A stretch of 64,000 nt of DNA from Macrostomum lignano (lineage: Eukaryota), in contig NIVC01001370.1 of NCBI GenBank assembly GCA_002269645.1, positions 62,001 to 126,000 of the forward strand. The letters run 5' to 3'. Of the stretch, positions 48,926-64,000 are shown one piece after another. The notes below the pieces were generated by a model. That model was not told where the DNA came from and made no database searches. It saw nothing but the letters and a program-made list of their open reading frames with translations. Numbering within the stretch: position 1 is the stretch's first letter; each line of letters starts with the position of its first letter. A program made the translations under genes and the position numbers.

Positions 48926-49751
48926 TTGGGTATGAAGAGCGCTAAAAATGGCGCTTACCTGTCAAACAAGCAAATTCCTAAATTTCTCTGATTCACTGAT
49001 TGATCGATAGAATCTCGAGGAAAAAACTTGTCCTTTTGAACTGATGCCAAAAAAAAATTTTTTCAAGCAAATAACACAAGAAAAAGAGAGAGGGGGGAAG
49101 AGAGGAACAGAAATGGAAAGTGAGAAGTCAACAAAGAAAGGAACAGGAGAAGAAACAAAGAGACAGAGAAAGAGAGAGAGAGACACAGAGAGAAGGGCAG
49201 ATGAGGCGCAGCTGCAGGGGTCGCTGAGCACGGATCCACATTTGGCAAACAATTGGCAACGTTGTGTAAGAGGCGGCGGGGCGCGTCGTCGGGTAAGGAA
49301 AGCTTGAAGATGGGCCTGTGTTTGCCTTTCCTGTCAGAGTGCGCAGTCGGCAAGGTGGCTGGAATCGCCCCGGCGTCACGATTCTCTTTTTGTTCATTCC
49401 AGCCTCTCTAGCTGAACGCCATCGCGGATATAAAAAGCAACTGTTAGCTAAACTGATGAATGCGGAATGAAAGGCGGTTTTAAAAAATGCACTGATCATC
49501 TCTCTCTCTCGTTACCGCTTCCTGAGCCTGGCAATTTGATTTGCACCGATGCGCGGTGACCCACCGATCCTCCCATCCCTATTAAGCTGGTTGTTTTTGT
49601 TCAAAGCTAAAGTATTCTTCAGCTTAGCGGAAATGATTAGCTGGGAAGAATAGTCTTACTGCCTGTTGAGTTCTTGATGATCAGTAAGGTCTTGAATTAT
49701 AGGGAGTAGTGCCCTTGTGAAATTCTATGGATAGCTGCTTAGCCCAATTAG

Positions 49752-50355
49752 AACACCAATTAGGGGTAGGTTAAGGCTTGGAGTGAACTAATTAGGGGTA
49801 GGTTAAGGCTTGGAGGGCACCAATTAGGGGTAGCTTAAGGCTTGGAGGGCACCAATTAGGGGTAGATTAATGCTTAGAGGGCACCAATTAGGGGTAGGTT
49901 AAGGCTTGGAGTGAACTAATTAGGGGTAGGTTAAGGCTTGGAGGAAACCAATTAGGGGTAGTTTATGGCTTGGAGGAAACCAATTAGGGGTAGTTTATGG
50001 CTTGGAGGAAACCAATTAGGGGTAGTTTATGGCTTGGAGGAAACCAATTAGGGGTAGTTTATGGCTTGGAGGGAACCAATTAGGGGTAGTTTATGGCTTG
50101 GAGGGAACCAATTAGAGGTAGTTTATGGCTTGGAGGGAACCAATTAGGGGTAGTTTATGGCTTGGAGGGAACCAATTAGAGGTAGTTTAAAGCTTTTATG
50201 ACACCAATTAGAGGTAGGCTAAAGCTTTTATGACACCAATTAGAGGTAGGCTAAAGCTTTTATGGCACAAATTAGGGGTAGGTTAAAGCTTTTATGGCAC
50301 CAATTAAAGGTTGTTTAAAGCCTTTATGGCACCAATTTGAGGTTGGTTAAAGCTT
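49752..50355. repeat. 31-32-bp minisatellite (CACCAATTAGGGGTAGGTTAAGGCTTGGAGGG)
   Basis: Period of 32 read from 49818 and 49850. Confidence 0.92.
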
Positions 50356-51344
50356 TTAGGGCATTGCTTATTGGTAGGTTATCGCCACATAGGGATGAGA
50401 AAAGCACCCTCAGGTGCGGGATGCAACCCGGAGGATGACACTCGTGAACTGGGTGAGGCATAAAGGCATAAAAAGGAAGCGAAAAACTTCTCAGCTGAGC
50501 CCGGGGTGAGACTGGAATTATATTTAAAAATTGCTTAAAAAGCTGCAATTCCCATCGGAGGGCGGAGGTTCTGTTGATTCCCCTGAGCAAGTCGGTGGAC
50601 TCGCCCCGCTCTGTCACTTTGTGAATACCAAATGAATCTGTGCTTGATTATCACCTCTCACTCTTTCTCTCTCTGGCTCCTTTCCAAGAATCCACTGCGC
50701 TTGACTAAGAGAGCAGAAATAGAAAAGATAAAAAAACTGTGCGATTTCATTTTCATGGGGCAGAAGCAGCGAGAAAATAGAAAAAGAAGATTCTGCAGCT
50801 AGAAAATCATCTCTGGCGAATTATTTTTTTTTCTAATTGACCGCTCCTGAGCATCGAATTCCCTGCGGGCTTTGGAGCCGCACCTGGTCCCACCGGTGGG
50901 CCGGCAGTCTAATTAATTGATTTTCGCTTCGGCCCCAAGCGCTTCCCTCTTTCAGCTTCGGACAGCTTTTGCCTTTATATATAATCCCTTTGAGTCTCTG
51001 AAGTCTCAAGTCCTGCCCCCCTGACTGCCTGCTGATTCTGCGAGGCCATAAGCCGCAGGGAATGCGATGAGTTCAGTTTGAGCTTATTCATGCCTTCAGC
51101 CCGTTGCTTTTCAAGCCCTAACCAGGAAAATTTCATGATGAAGTGCTAATTTTATTTGCTGACTAAATTATTCTGAGATTCCTTTTGCAGGCAAATCTGT
51201 GCTGCTCTGTCTGTCAAGACTGATGCCTCAAATCTATTGTAGTTGTGTGCTCACAATGGCTGCCCCTTTTACCCCTAATGCTGTCATATATAAGTCTGAT
51301 TGTACGATGCAGTGTCAGAATCAATCAGGATCACTGAATGCTGT

Positions 51345-52185
51345 ACCGTGTCACAGTCAAGCAGAACTGCTCACTGCATGCTCTACGGTGTCAGAGTCAA
51401 GCAGGACTGCTCACTGCATGCTCTACGGTATCAGAGTCAAGCAGAACTGTTCACTACATGCTCTACGGTATCAGAGTCAAGCAGAACTGCTCACTGCATG
51501 CTCTACGGTATCAGAGTCAAGCAGAACTGCTCACTGCATGCTCTACGGTATCAGAGTCAAGCAGAACTGTTCACTACATGCTCTACGGTATCAGAGTCAA
51601 GCAGAACTGCTCACTGCATGCTCTACGGTATCAGAGTCAAGCAGAACTGCTCACTGCATGCTCTACGGTATCAGAGTCAAGCAGAACTGCTCACTGCATG
51701 CTCTACGGTATCAGAGTCAAGCAGAACTGCTCACTGCATGCTCTACGGTATCAGAGTCAAGCAGAACTGCTCACTGCATGCTCTACGGTATCAGAGTCAA
51801 GTAGAACTGCTCACTGCATGCTCTACGGTATCAGAGTCAAGCAGGACTGCTCACTGCATGCTCTACGGTGTCAGAGTCAAGCAGAACTGCTCACTGCATG
51901 CTCTACGGTGTCAGAGTCAAGTAGAACTGCTCACTGCATGCTCTACGGTGTCAGAGTCAAGTAGAACTGCTCACTGCATGCTCTACGGTATCACAGTCAA
52001 GTAGAACTGCTCACTGCATGCTCTACGGTATCAGAGTCAAGTAGAACTGCTCACTGCATGCTCTACGGTGTCAGAGTCAAGAAGAACTGCTCACTGCATG
52101 CTCTACGGTATCAGAGTCAAGTAGAACTGCTCACTGCATGCTGTACAGTGTCAGAGTCAAGCAGGACTGCTCACTGCATGCTGTA
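51345..52185. repeat. 40-bp minisatellite (AGAGTCAAGCAGAACTGCTCACTGCATGCTCTACGGTATC), about 21 copies
   Basis: Period of 40. Confidence 0.95.
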
Positions 52186-54602
52186 ACCTATGCCATATCA
52201 GTATCATTTCAATAATGTTCACTTCAGCCGCATGGACAGCTGATCAGTGGTCGAACACCAATGGCCTACTTGAGAATCGCTCCCTTCGATCCATTTGTCA
52301 GCCTGGCCACGCCCCTCCCCTCTTATATTCTTTATTTGCTCTCGAGTACTAATAATTTCCAGGCCCCGCGCAACGACTCTTACTTATCTGCTGCTGTCAA
52401 TCCAGGTAACTCATGCGATCATTACCCAAGCAGAGCGACCAGAGGATGGAGGGGCGCCATAGTGGTGGATAAAATAGAGATACGGGAGCGTAAAAAAGAG
52501 AGAACGACAGGATCGCCATCCGGCGTGACCCTCGCCAGGAGGAACAGCAGCACAGATTGTCAAGTGCCTCGCGCGAGGTTAACAATAACGCACGTACAGA
52601 AGACAGAATAACACAATAACCGATTGGACAATGCGACTTCTCTATTATGAGGCGTATTATATAGAGGCTGAGTTTTTGTCTGCCAGAGAAAACCGGAGAC
52701 GACGGTCCCGTGATTGTCGGTTGAAAATGGGATAATAATCCCCTAACCCAGACCAGCAGCTTCGCAATATAATAGGATTGATAGTTGGGATCTCCCTGAA
52801 CTGAGCCCTACTGACTTAAATGACTGCCTCTTGTAGTTGTAAATTATGCACTCGGTTAGCTAATTAATTATTCATGAGGTTAACAGATAAACTGCCGAGA
52901 GGACCGGGAACAAGAAGTATAAAAACAGATTTGGATAGAGATAGAGAGTTCTCAAGCTCGACCAAGCACATTAGGCTGAGAGTTGCACTATACCTAACTA
53001 ATATCATGTCGATAGCGCGCACCTATGCGTATATGTACTCAAGCAGCTCTCAAACTTGCTGATTTCCAAGTGATCGGTATCGAATATCTACCAAAAGTAC
53101 ATTTGCTTGCTTAGAAATAACAATAATTAGGAAGACGTTTAGGCCACGCCCACGCAGCCTCTTGAAGTCTCTTCGCTTGGTTTTCCCGCCTCAAGGACTG
53201 CATAATCCTGACCCTGTCTGACCCCTTGCCAACGCCTACTACATGCACACGCTTATCAAATGTTCGTTCGTTCGTCATCCTTTTTCATCAGTCTCACTCA
53301 GGGGTAGCTCTGCATTAAAATGATAGCCTGATAACATTGTGAGTCCGCCCCGAACGAAACACCTGCTTGCTTGATGTGTCCACAAGGTGAGAAAGTTTCC
53401 TATATCTCGTTGATGCATTTTTCCCCAGCAAAAACCAAGTGTTTTGCCAGCTTAGCGTCCTTGTAGCTTAGCTGTCCATGCTCCGTTCAAGCGAAGCGGC
53501 AAACTTTTCTACTGTTAAACAGCAACGAAACCAGAGAGAAAAAACGTCCGATTGTATCGAATCGGAAGGTAACTCATAGATTTTCTGTCTCACTCCATTC
53601 ATTTTTATTGCTTCCGCGTTGAATCGCGCAGTGAAAGCCGTCGGAAATAAATCTCTGCCGTCTCGGGTTGCGTCATAAAAATTGAAAAGCCAGTGGGGAG
53701 TGGAGGGGCTTTGAGAGCATGCGGGGAGAGCTGGTCTCGACGGGCGAGATAAAAATTCAGAGAGATTTTTAAGCCACCTGTCACACCGCCATCGCCTCGG
53801 CTTGGGGGTCGAATTTCGGAGCAGGCCGAATATTTACGACAGCGCTAAGCTGCCCGCGCCTTAATCCCTAGGATTGGGGTGGCGCGCGATAACTCCTGAT
53901 TTGCCTCCCAGGGCGTCAAGCCGTACAAGCAGAGGCGTCGGGGCTCAAATCCGTTGATCTTCTCAAATCTTGGCGACTCAGCCGCTTCCTGTTGTTGACC
54001 GCCAGGCAGGTCATGTTTCTCAATCGAGGCCCCAGGCTGGCTTAATTTCAAAATTCATCTACCAGGAGGATGGGGGACCATCGCCTCGTGTCTCTGTTTG
54101 GTCCCTGTTTAGGTCAACATCTCAATAGCGAGGTAGTTTTAGCTTTCGCCGGGGGGTTCGCCAATCTAATTATCCGGCCATAATAAAGTACAATCGACAG
54201 CGTTTGTTGAGTACAGAACACTTCTTGATTGAGGAAATTCCAACACCACTTGATTACTCAACTAGCGAATGAAATTGGATGAAGTGTGAGACAGCAGGAA
54301 CACTTTCAGACACTTCATCACTTCCCATCTTAAAGAGTTGAAGCCTTGTCTTTCCGCTGTATATCGCTTGTCTTTAAGAATTCGGTCTAATTTGATCAAA
54401 AATGGAAATTCGGCCCTTCTTTGACTGCGTTGTAGCGAAGGAAAAATAATTCGGGTGTTGATGAAGCCCTGCGAGTGCCGCTGTAAAAGTACTTCTTAGC
54501 GGGAAAGTTGTAAGGGCACCAAAATGGCATTATGAGATGTCTTGCGCCGAGCAGGATACCTCTGGTAAAGTATTTATTTCGAACATTAGGAACTATTTTG
54601 GT

Positions 54603-55803
54603 CTGGGATCAGGACTGCATTCTTCAGGACTGCATTCTTCAGGACAGGGGATCAGGACTGCATTCTTCAGGACTGCATTCTTCAGGACTGCATTCTTCAG
54701 GACTGCATTCTTCAGGACAGGGGATCAGGACTGCATTCTTCAGGACTGCATTCTTCAGGACAGGGGATCAGGACTGCATTCTTCAGGACTGCATTCTTCA
54801 GGACTGCATTCTTCAGGACTGCATTCTTCAGGACTGCATTCTTCAGGACTGCATTATTCAGGACTGCATTCTTCAGGACTGCATTATTCAGGACAGGGGA
54901 TCAGGACTGCATTCTTCAGGACATGGGATCAGGACTGCATTCTTCAGGACAGGGATCGGGACTGCATTCTTCAGGACAGGGGATCAGGACTGCATTCTTC
55001 AGGACAGGGATCAGGACTGCATTCTTCAGGACAGGGGATCAGGACTGCATTCTTCAGGACAGGGGATCAGGACTGCATTCTTCAGGACAGGGATCAGGAC
55101 TGCATTCTTCAGGACAGGGGATCAGGACTGCATTCTTCAGGACAGGGGATCAGGACTGCATTCTTCAGAACAGGGGATCAGGACTGCATTCTTCAGGACA
55201 GGGATCAGGACTGCATTCTTCAGGACATGGGATCAGGACTGCATTCTTCAGGACAGGGATCGGGACTGCATTCTTCAGGACAGGGGATCAGGACTGCATT
55301 CTTCAGGACAGGGATCAGGACTGCATTCTTCAGGACAGGGGATCAGGACTGCATTCTTCAGGACAGGGGATCAGGACTGCATTCTTCAGAACAGGGGATC
55401 AGGACTGCATTCTTCAGGACAGGGGATCAGGACTGCATTCTTCAGGACAGGGGATCAGGACTGCATTCTTCAGAACAGGGGATCAGGACTGCATTCTTCA
55501 GGACAGGGATCAGGACTGCATTCTTCAGGACAGGGGATCAGGACTGCAATCTTCAGGACATGGGATCAGGACTGCATTCTTCAGGACATGGGATCAGGAC
55601 TGCATCCTTCAGAACAGGGGATCAGGACTGCATTCTTCAGGACAGTGGATCAGGACTGCATTCTTCAGGACAGGGATCAGGATTGCATTCTTCAGGACAG
55701 TGGATCAGGGCTGCATTCTTCAGGACAGGGATCAGGACTGCATTCTTCAGGACAGTGGATCAGGACAGCATTCTTCAGGACAGGGATCAGGACTGCATTC
55801 TTC
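54603..55803. repeat. Compound minisatellite: 15-bp CAGGACTGCATTCTT interleaved with 12-13-bp CAGGACAGGG(G)AT
   Basis: Direct reading. Confidence 0.95.
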
Positions 55804-56687
55804 AACCATTGATAAGGTACATAGCCATTCTAAACTTACTTTATTGAAGCATTTTTATGGCCACCCTATTGCGGACGTCGGTTTGTTGTAACTACATGCA
55901 TTAATCCAAGTGTATTAGGAGCCAAATCAAAGGGAAGCAAATGAGCAAGAGCTTGATTGACAGGTACAGAGAGAGCTGGGTGGGGGAAAGGGTAGAAACA
56001 AAGGAGAACTCCAATGCTGTAACTAAGCATGGTGAGCTAGCTTATTAGCGATTAATAACGATAGTTGCCACATCATCTAGTTGAGACTCTGTTGCCCCCA
56101 CCCCCAGCTCTTCAGTTTAATCTGTCAACAATTCGTGTCTCCAACTTTATTTTTGACTTAGCGACTAAAATATCAGTGAATCAACTTGAGGAAATAAATC
56201 CCCTCCTATTCAGTTTTGACTTTCTCAACTCAGCAAGCGAGTTGCTCTTTCCTGTTAGCGGAAGCTGTCTGCTTCATCGCCCGTCCCTCAACTCACTCGC
56301 ATCGAGTTCCCAACCAACCAACCCCATTTGCAAGCCTCTCCAGCCTCTCCCAGGCGCGGTCAGGAATCAATTAAATCAGAGCTCAGCAGGGGATCTCAAC
56401 ACCCTTGCCAGCCCTACAGCAGGCTTGGAGGCGGATAAATAATGAAGTGTGACTGGCACATGGGTCAGGGGTACTAGTACAGTTCTCTCTCTGACCCTCG
56501 GCTGCGTCTCCTCTGCATCGACTTAAATTTATCCTTGATATGGGGGGAGGGAGATCTTACAGCACCAGCGATTTGACTGAGAGATTTTCCAACCAACTTT
56601 AGCTTCGGTGACGACAAGCATACATTTTTTATCAGTCGCATTATTTCATAGTGCTGCTATCAATTTAACAATATCTGTCTATCTAGT

Positions 56688-57534
56688 CCGGGGTGGGCAA
56701 ACTCCCGGCCCGCGGGCCTCTCTCTATCCGGCCCTCGGACACTTTAGAATGGCAATCTGGCGCGCTCAAGGTTTGTCTCCTCTCCTGCTCTCCTCTCCTG
56801 CTCTCCTCTCCTCTCCTCTCCTCTCCTCTCCTGCTCTCCTCTCCTCTCCTCTCCTCTCCTCTCCTCTCCTCTCCTCTCCTCTCCTCTCCTCTCCTCTCCT
56901 CTCCTCTCCTCTCCTCTCCTCTCCTCTCCTTTCCTCTCCTCTCCTCTCCTCCTATCCTCTCCTCTCCTCTCCTCTCCTTTCCTCTCCTCTCCTCTCCTTT
57001 CCTCTCCTCTCCTCTCCTCTCCTCTCCTCTCCTCTCCTCTCCTCTCCTCTCCTCCTATCCTCTCCTCTCCTCTCCTCTCCTCTCCTCTCCTCTCCTCTCC
57101 TCTCCTCTCCTTTCCTCTCCTCTCCTCTCCTCCTATCCTCTCCTCTCCTCTCCTCTCCTTTCCTCTCCTCTCCTCTCCTCTCCTCTCCTCTCCTCTCCTC
57201 TCCTCTCCTCTCCTCCTATCCTCTCCTCTCCTCTCCTCTCCTCTCCTCTCCTCTCTTCTCCTCTCCTCTCCTCTCCTCTCCTCTCCTCTCCTCTCCTCTC
57301 CTCTCCTCTCCTCTCCTCTCCTCTCCCCTCCTCTCCTCTCCTCTTATCTCCTTTCTTCTCACTCATCTCTTCTCGCATAGCCTCTCTCTTATCTCGCTTC
57401 TCACCTCTCCTCTCTTCAGTCATCTCTCATCTTCTCTTTCTTCTCTCTCCCTCATTCCCTCTCCTTTCCACTCTTATCTGGACCGCAGTCATGAGCTGGA
57501 GAATTCTTAATCTGGCCCTAGAGGCCGACCCCTG
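56688..57534. mobile_element. Charlie-group hAT MITE with an internal (CTCCT)n expansion
   Basis: Left end CCGGGGTGGGCAAACTCCCGGCCCGCGGGCC..ATCCGGCCC is a typical Charlie/SPIN-like terminus. Right end is GCCGACCCCTG. Right flank ATCTAGAT fits the NTCTAGAN target; left flank ATCTAGT is a degenerate copy. Confidence 0.7.
56775..57345. repeat. (CTCCT)n polypyrimidine microsatellite
   Basis: Direct reading; decays into a CT-rich tract extending to about 57480. Confidence 0.95.
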
Positions 57535-58159
57535 ATCTAGATAATGCATGAAAAGGGCCACAATGCTTATTATTGGCACGTTAGAGAGAGAGAGAAAGGC
57601 GTAGACATAAGGGGGACATTCTAGTGTAAGTCACCGCAGTATTGGGAATAAAGATTGAGCCTGATTGGCCTGAAGGTCGGGGGACAGTGCGGTGGAGTCC
57701 TGGGCACGGCCAGCGAGCAGAATAGAATCAGTTCTCAAACTCAATGCGACATCAGCCCCTTGCTGAGTCCTATTGGGCCAATGGTGATTTGTCAGCCAGT
57801 AACTGGCATTCCCCCCCCCCTCTCTCTCCCAGCTTATCGGCATTCCGCCCCAGCATACCGGATAAATACGGTAGCCCTCAATTCTCCCTATCACAGTCAG
57901 TTGACAAGATTATACTATCTTGAGAAGCTTGAAAGCTTTAGCTACTTTTTAAAGACTTCAGATTTACAGATTCTAAGGATTGAGAGAAATAACCTGTTAG
58001 ACTTTTCTAACAGCTACAGTCAGCTCCTGAACATTTTTAACCTGCAGTACTTTAATTGGTACTGCTGCTATTACCGAACCCGAGGGTGAGTTATGCTGAA
58101 ATTTCTCTGAACTTCTCAGAAAGCTATAGTTTAACCTTCTTAGGGACATCATGAACAAT

Positions 58160-58705
58160 TTCCTCAGATCCTTTAGTAGGTCACCGCTGCTCTCTCTGAT
58201 CCTTCAGTAGGTCACCGCTGCTCTCTCTGATCCTTCAGGTAGGTCACCGCTGCTCTCTCTGATCCTTCAGGTAGGTCACCGCTGCTCTCTCTGATCCTTC
58301 AGTAGGTCACCGCTGCTCTCTCTGATCCTTCAGGTAGGTCACCGCTACCCTCTGATCCTTCAGTAGGTCACCGCTACCCTCTCTGATCCTTCAAGTCACC
58401 GCTACCCTCTCTGATTCTTCTGTAGGTCACCTCAACCCTCTCTGATCCTTCAGGTAGGTCACCGCTACCCTCTCTGATCCTTCAGTAGGTCACCGCTACC
58501 CTCTCTGATCCTTCAGTAGGTCACCGCTACCCTCTCTGATCCTTCAGTAGGTCACCGCTACCCTCTCTGATCCTTCAGTAGGTCACCGCTACCCTCTCTG
58601 ATCCTTCAGTAGGTCACCGCTACCCTCTCTGATCCTTCAGTAGGTCACCGCTACCCTCTCTGATCCTTCAGTAGGTCACCACAACCTTCTCTGATCCTTC
58701 AGCTC
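58160..58705. repeat. 31-bp minisatellite (GATCCTTCAGTAGGTCACCGCTACCCTCTCT)
   Basis: Period of 31 read from 58501 and 58532. Confidence 0.93.
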
Positions 58706-60304
58706 ACCACCATAACACTTTCTGTCATTCACTGAGTCTTCAAGTAGCCCAGCCACTTGCTCTGAGAGTCATTCACCCATCGCACGGTTAAATTTGGACC
58801 CAGAGAGCACATGAGATGAATCAATCCCAACTAAGTGAGCTCCCTAATTTCTTTCTCCCATGCTAAAAAGTTTTTTTCTACGGAACACAGTTTCCCAAAT
58901 AGCTGAGTGCTGTTTTTTTGCCAGCACAGAATCCTGTCATGACCAAACTCCCAGACCATGCCACCCCAATCCTGCCCAGATACTGCCGACATGAAAGCCG
59001 CGATCGCTGCAGCTGCAGCTGCGCAACCTCGAAGCACCCCCCTTCCCAACTTCACAGTCCCCCCCCTCATGTTAGCCGCGAATTCGAATGCACACGATCG
59101 ATTGACAGGTCGAATTATCCTCAGAAATTCTGCGAGAGCTCCGATCGGTCGGGTTAGCGCTTGTAAAACCGCCTGCAGGGAGGAGACGGGGACAAGAGAG
59201 AGAAGAGAGACACGCGGTGGGAGGAGACAAGAGTACCCAAACCTCAACTTAATTTGCTCACAGGGAATTGAGCTACACTTTGAGCACACTAGCTTGCTGT
59301 CAGATGGTCGCTCGGACTGTTTCCGAGCCCTCCTGGATGAAGCCGTCCTCTTGTCTCTCAAGCTTAATTAGGATCTCAAATGCTTTTCCTCTCCTCTTCT
59401 ACACTCTTCTCCATCGTCCGCAGCTTCCTAAGGGTTGTGATGCAACTCCTGCCTGAAGCTTTCCAGATTTCGATTTTCATTTGTCACCCGGCGTGGTATA
59501 AACACAGGTGTAAGCCGCGTTGCTGGGCAAAATCCATTCCTATTTAGCGCTTTGTCGCCCAGCTTACCTACACTAGACGGCTTCCGCCTTGGCAAGCGTC
59601 CTTCCTCGAGTAGTTGCCCAAATTCCCAGACAGATCGATGGGCAAAGATGTTATAAATCAATTGCACACCGATTGCGTCATTCTCGTGCGGCTATGGCTC
59701 GCTCGCTTGCGCAACTCTTCAAAGCCAGAGAGACCAGCCGATGCTTATCAGCAGTAAATCGGATCAGCTGCAGAAACAGACTGCGGACAAACTAGATTGA
59801 GATGGGGATCATTCTTGACTTGCATCGCTGAATGACTTCATTTACTCAGAAGAATTCAGCAATTCAGATTTGGGAGGTGGACAGGGCAGCTCTTTCAAAT
59901 CAACCGAGACAGTTACCTGCCTGCTTTGTGTACCTTTTCAACTAGCTAACTGTATACCTACTAAGCGGGCTCTTTGAACTGCGAGAGCAAACAGTTTGAG
60001 CCAAGAATTTGAGCCAAGATTTGAGCAAGCAGGCAGTTTAGCTGAGTCCTGCAGCCTGTGCTTAGGGACTGAAATTGGGGAAATGCAATAAGCGGGGAGC
60101 AGTGAACTCGGGAATTTGACGCCGGAGGGCAATATAAATCTGGGGTGGGGGGCTCCGTTTGTCAAGCCATTTGCCTGGCCTACCCAGCTTCTCTTCGTCA
60201 TCTGGCTGAGCTCCACCCTCTCTAAGCTGAGCAGTGAGTGGCATATTTGCATATTATTAGTATGGTTGGGATATCATGTTTATTGCTCAGCCTGGCATAT
60301 CAAT

Positions 60305-61282
<978 letters not shown>

Positions 61283-61666
61283 ATTTATCATCCAGGTACA
61301 GGAAATGGTGCCCCCTGCCTTCTTTGAGCTCTCAGCAGCCAGCAACAGTCTACCTGATTTCCCCAACTCAAAGCATTTCCTCAGCAGCAGCAGTCCCATG
61401 CATCAAAAAGAGCCGAGTGTGGAGGCGCTCGGCAGTGCACCTGATGCAGCTAGCAGATTGTCTTCAGTCAGACCCAGAGAAAAGGAAAATCCAAATTTAC
61501 AGCACCTGTTTGGCAGCAATTTTTGCCGTAAAATTTCTCTCAAGAATCAGCCACCTGCTGTCCGAATATCGCCGGGCCTCTCCGTTGGAATTTAATGGTT
61601 GTTGCCCTGCACTTTTGTGATGCAGCTAAGCATCATAATTTTGCTGCTCACAGACTCACCGAGCCT

Positions 61667-61690
61667 TGTGTGTGTGTGTGTGTGTGTGTG
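61667..61690. repeat. (TG)n microsatellite
   Basis: Direct reading. Confidence 0.9.
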
Positions 61691-62077
61691 TCCTCCCCTC
61701 AAACGAGCCAGCACCTACCGCTGGGCAAGCGGCAATCTCCGCAGCCCTGTCTGACTTATCTGTCTAAGGCAGGGAGATGCGATCAAAACCAGATTAAAAA
61801 GTTGATGCTGGATAAGACGAACACTGATGACTTGCTTTATATAGTGCAATTTGTTCTTGTACGGAGAGTCGGGGAGATTAGAGGGTTGCTTACCCGAGTG
61901 TTATAGTCTTTCAGTCTTATAGGAAATTGGATTTTAACTGCTTTTAGTTAATTTTCAAGCCGAGCTAACCAATATACTGCCGATATGTTGAGCAAAAAAT
62001 TACTTTCGAGTCTAGCTGTCAATTTTCTTGCAAATAAAATATCAAATGATAGCAATTTAACCGACTTTTAGTACGCA

Positions 62078-62850
<773 letters not shown>

Positions 62851-63869
62851 ATACACAGGCAAACTGATAAGCAGTCAAAGGCAATGATCAATGACACTAA
62901 TGAGCAGACAGGAGCAGATTTGCATCTTACAGTACGCACCTGGCTTTGCAGGTGAAAGATGTCAATCTACTCACTGGCCCGGCAGGCCTCGTGAACCTGG
63001 AGATTGACAGCCCAGTCCCCTCAGTGAGGTTGCCATGAAAAATTAACAATCATCCAATACTCTCTCCCCCTTCCGTCTGCTCCACGGACGACGAATATCT
63101 GGGAATAATTTTGCCTTTCATTCTCCCAACTTTGCCTGACGAAAAATTATTAATAAAAAATGTTAGTTAGTTTACCTTTCTCTTTAGTGCTGTTGCTGTC
63201 TGGGAGCGGAGGAAGGAAGCAAAGGAGTTCCATAATTACTGCAATCATAGCTAAACAATGAGACTGAACGATAGGAAACGCGCATGCATTTTCGGAAAGC
63301 GTGATTGTGAAAGCAGTTGTCTGGTTCTAAAAAAAGCCCAATTGTTATAAACCATGTTCACAGCTGACTGGAAGATAACAAAATCGTTCCGATTGTTCAA
63401 CTTCATGAGTGAGCAGAATCGTTTCGAGAAAAATGGAGAATTTTCTAGTGCTGAGAGACGAAGCTGCACGGGATCAATGATTCGGGATTTCCAACCTTCA
63501 TCACCCGAATCGATGATCAGCGGCAGTTCTTGAGTCTGTCGTTTCCGCAGGCTGTTACGCAATCATTGGTTTCTCGCTCGCTGAGGGAAATCTCCCTTCC
63601 TGATCGTAGCGGACGAGCGCTCCGGCGCTTAAGACATCTTTTTGAGCACGAGCTGCCCGAGTCTTTTAGAATCGGAAATTAAACCCGGCTCGAAACTAAA
63701 AGAATGACGTCACAGGCCGGATACGATTCGATGAACAAATTATTAATTGAAGTCGAATTCTAATTTGTTTTGTTTCCTTTAATTTTCACCACATTTTCCT
63801 ATTTGAGCTGATGCAGTCACACGCTGGGTCTATGCTTGAAATTCGGTTCATTCTGTTTCTTAGACATGA

Positions 63870-63977
63870 ACTGGAGGCCGTTAAGGAGCTTGTATTTGTC
63901 TATGGCCAAACCGCATTCAGCGCACTGGAGGCCGTTAAGGAGCTTGTATTTGTCTATGGCCGAACCGCATTCAACGC
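63870..63977. repeat. 54-bp tandem duplication (2 copies)
   Basis: ACTGGAGGCCGTTAAGGAGCTTGTATTTGTCTATGGCC at 63870 and 63924. Confidence 0.9.
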
Positions 63978-64000
63978 TATGCGTTCTCTAGAGCATTCTA

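Noticed and set aside
49450-49480. CTGATGA followed by GAAA (hammerhead-like core)
   Set aside because: Stem II has only two pairs and no correctly placed stem III/cleavage triplet was found.
51199-55891. Cys/His-rich ORFs of 200-430 aa over the 40-bp and 15-bp arrays
   Set aside because: They are open in all three frames, the 40-bp unit and the 13-bp insert are not multiples of three, and there is no unique flanking coding sequence.
58831-59371. Overlapping ORFs with an Ala run (MKAAIAAAAAAQPRS)
   Set aside because: No recognisable domain, and ORFs of similar length occur on both strands. It could still be a real exon; RNA-seq would decide.
61295-61595. Possible terminal exon after (CTAT)n (catccag|VQEMVPPAFFELS..GI*)
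   Set aside because: It has a plausible acceptor and a 100-codon frame, but no homology I can recognise and no upstream exon to link it to.

Overview
Eukaryotic (metazoan) genomic DNA with GT-AG introns, GC-rich exons and introns packed with micro- and minisatellites. The style fits a Macrostomum-like flatworm, but that is an inference. The first 22 kb holds four co-oriented minus-strand intron-containing genes. In transcription order they are: an unnamed three-exon gene of about 1040 aa (RRM-like segment, long 8-aa Thr-Pro repeat, aromatic tail), a CEP63/DEUP1-family centriolar protein, a COX18-like Oxa1/YidC insertase, and a HORMAD/Hop1 meiotic axis gene that contains micro-exons and runs off the left edge. 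The AT-rich 22-32 kb region is a nest of DNA transposons: a decayed hAT transposase element plus several MITEs with intact target-site duplications. The 32-44.4 kb region is an inverted-repeat-bounded segment carrying a 9.5-kb satellite with a 238-bp unit and higher-order structure. From 44.5 to 64 kb, unique DNA with no recognisable exons alternates with many unrelated tandem arrays, one of which lies inside a Charlie-type hAT MITE. Most entries in the supplied ORF track are artefacts of stop-free tandem repeats. All gene models were assembled by eye from splice signals, phase arithmetic and recalled family motifs. No database search was run.
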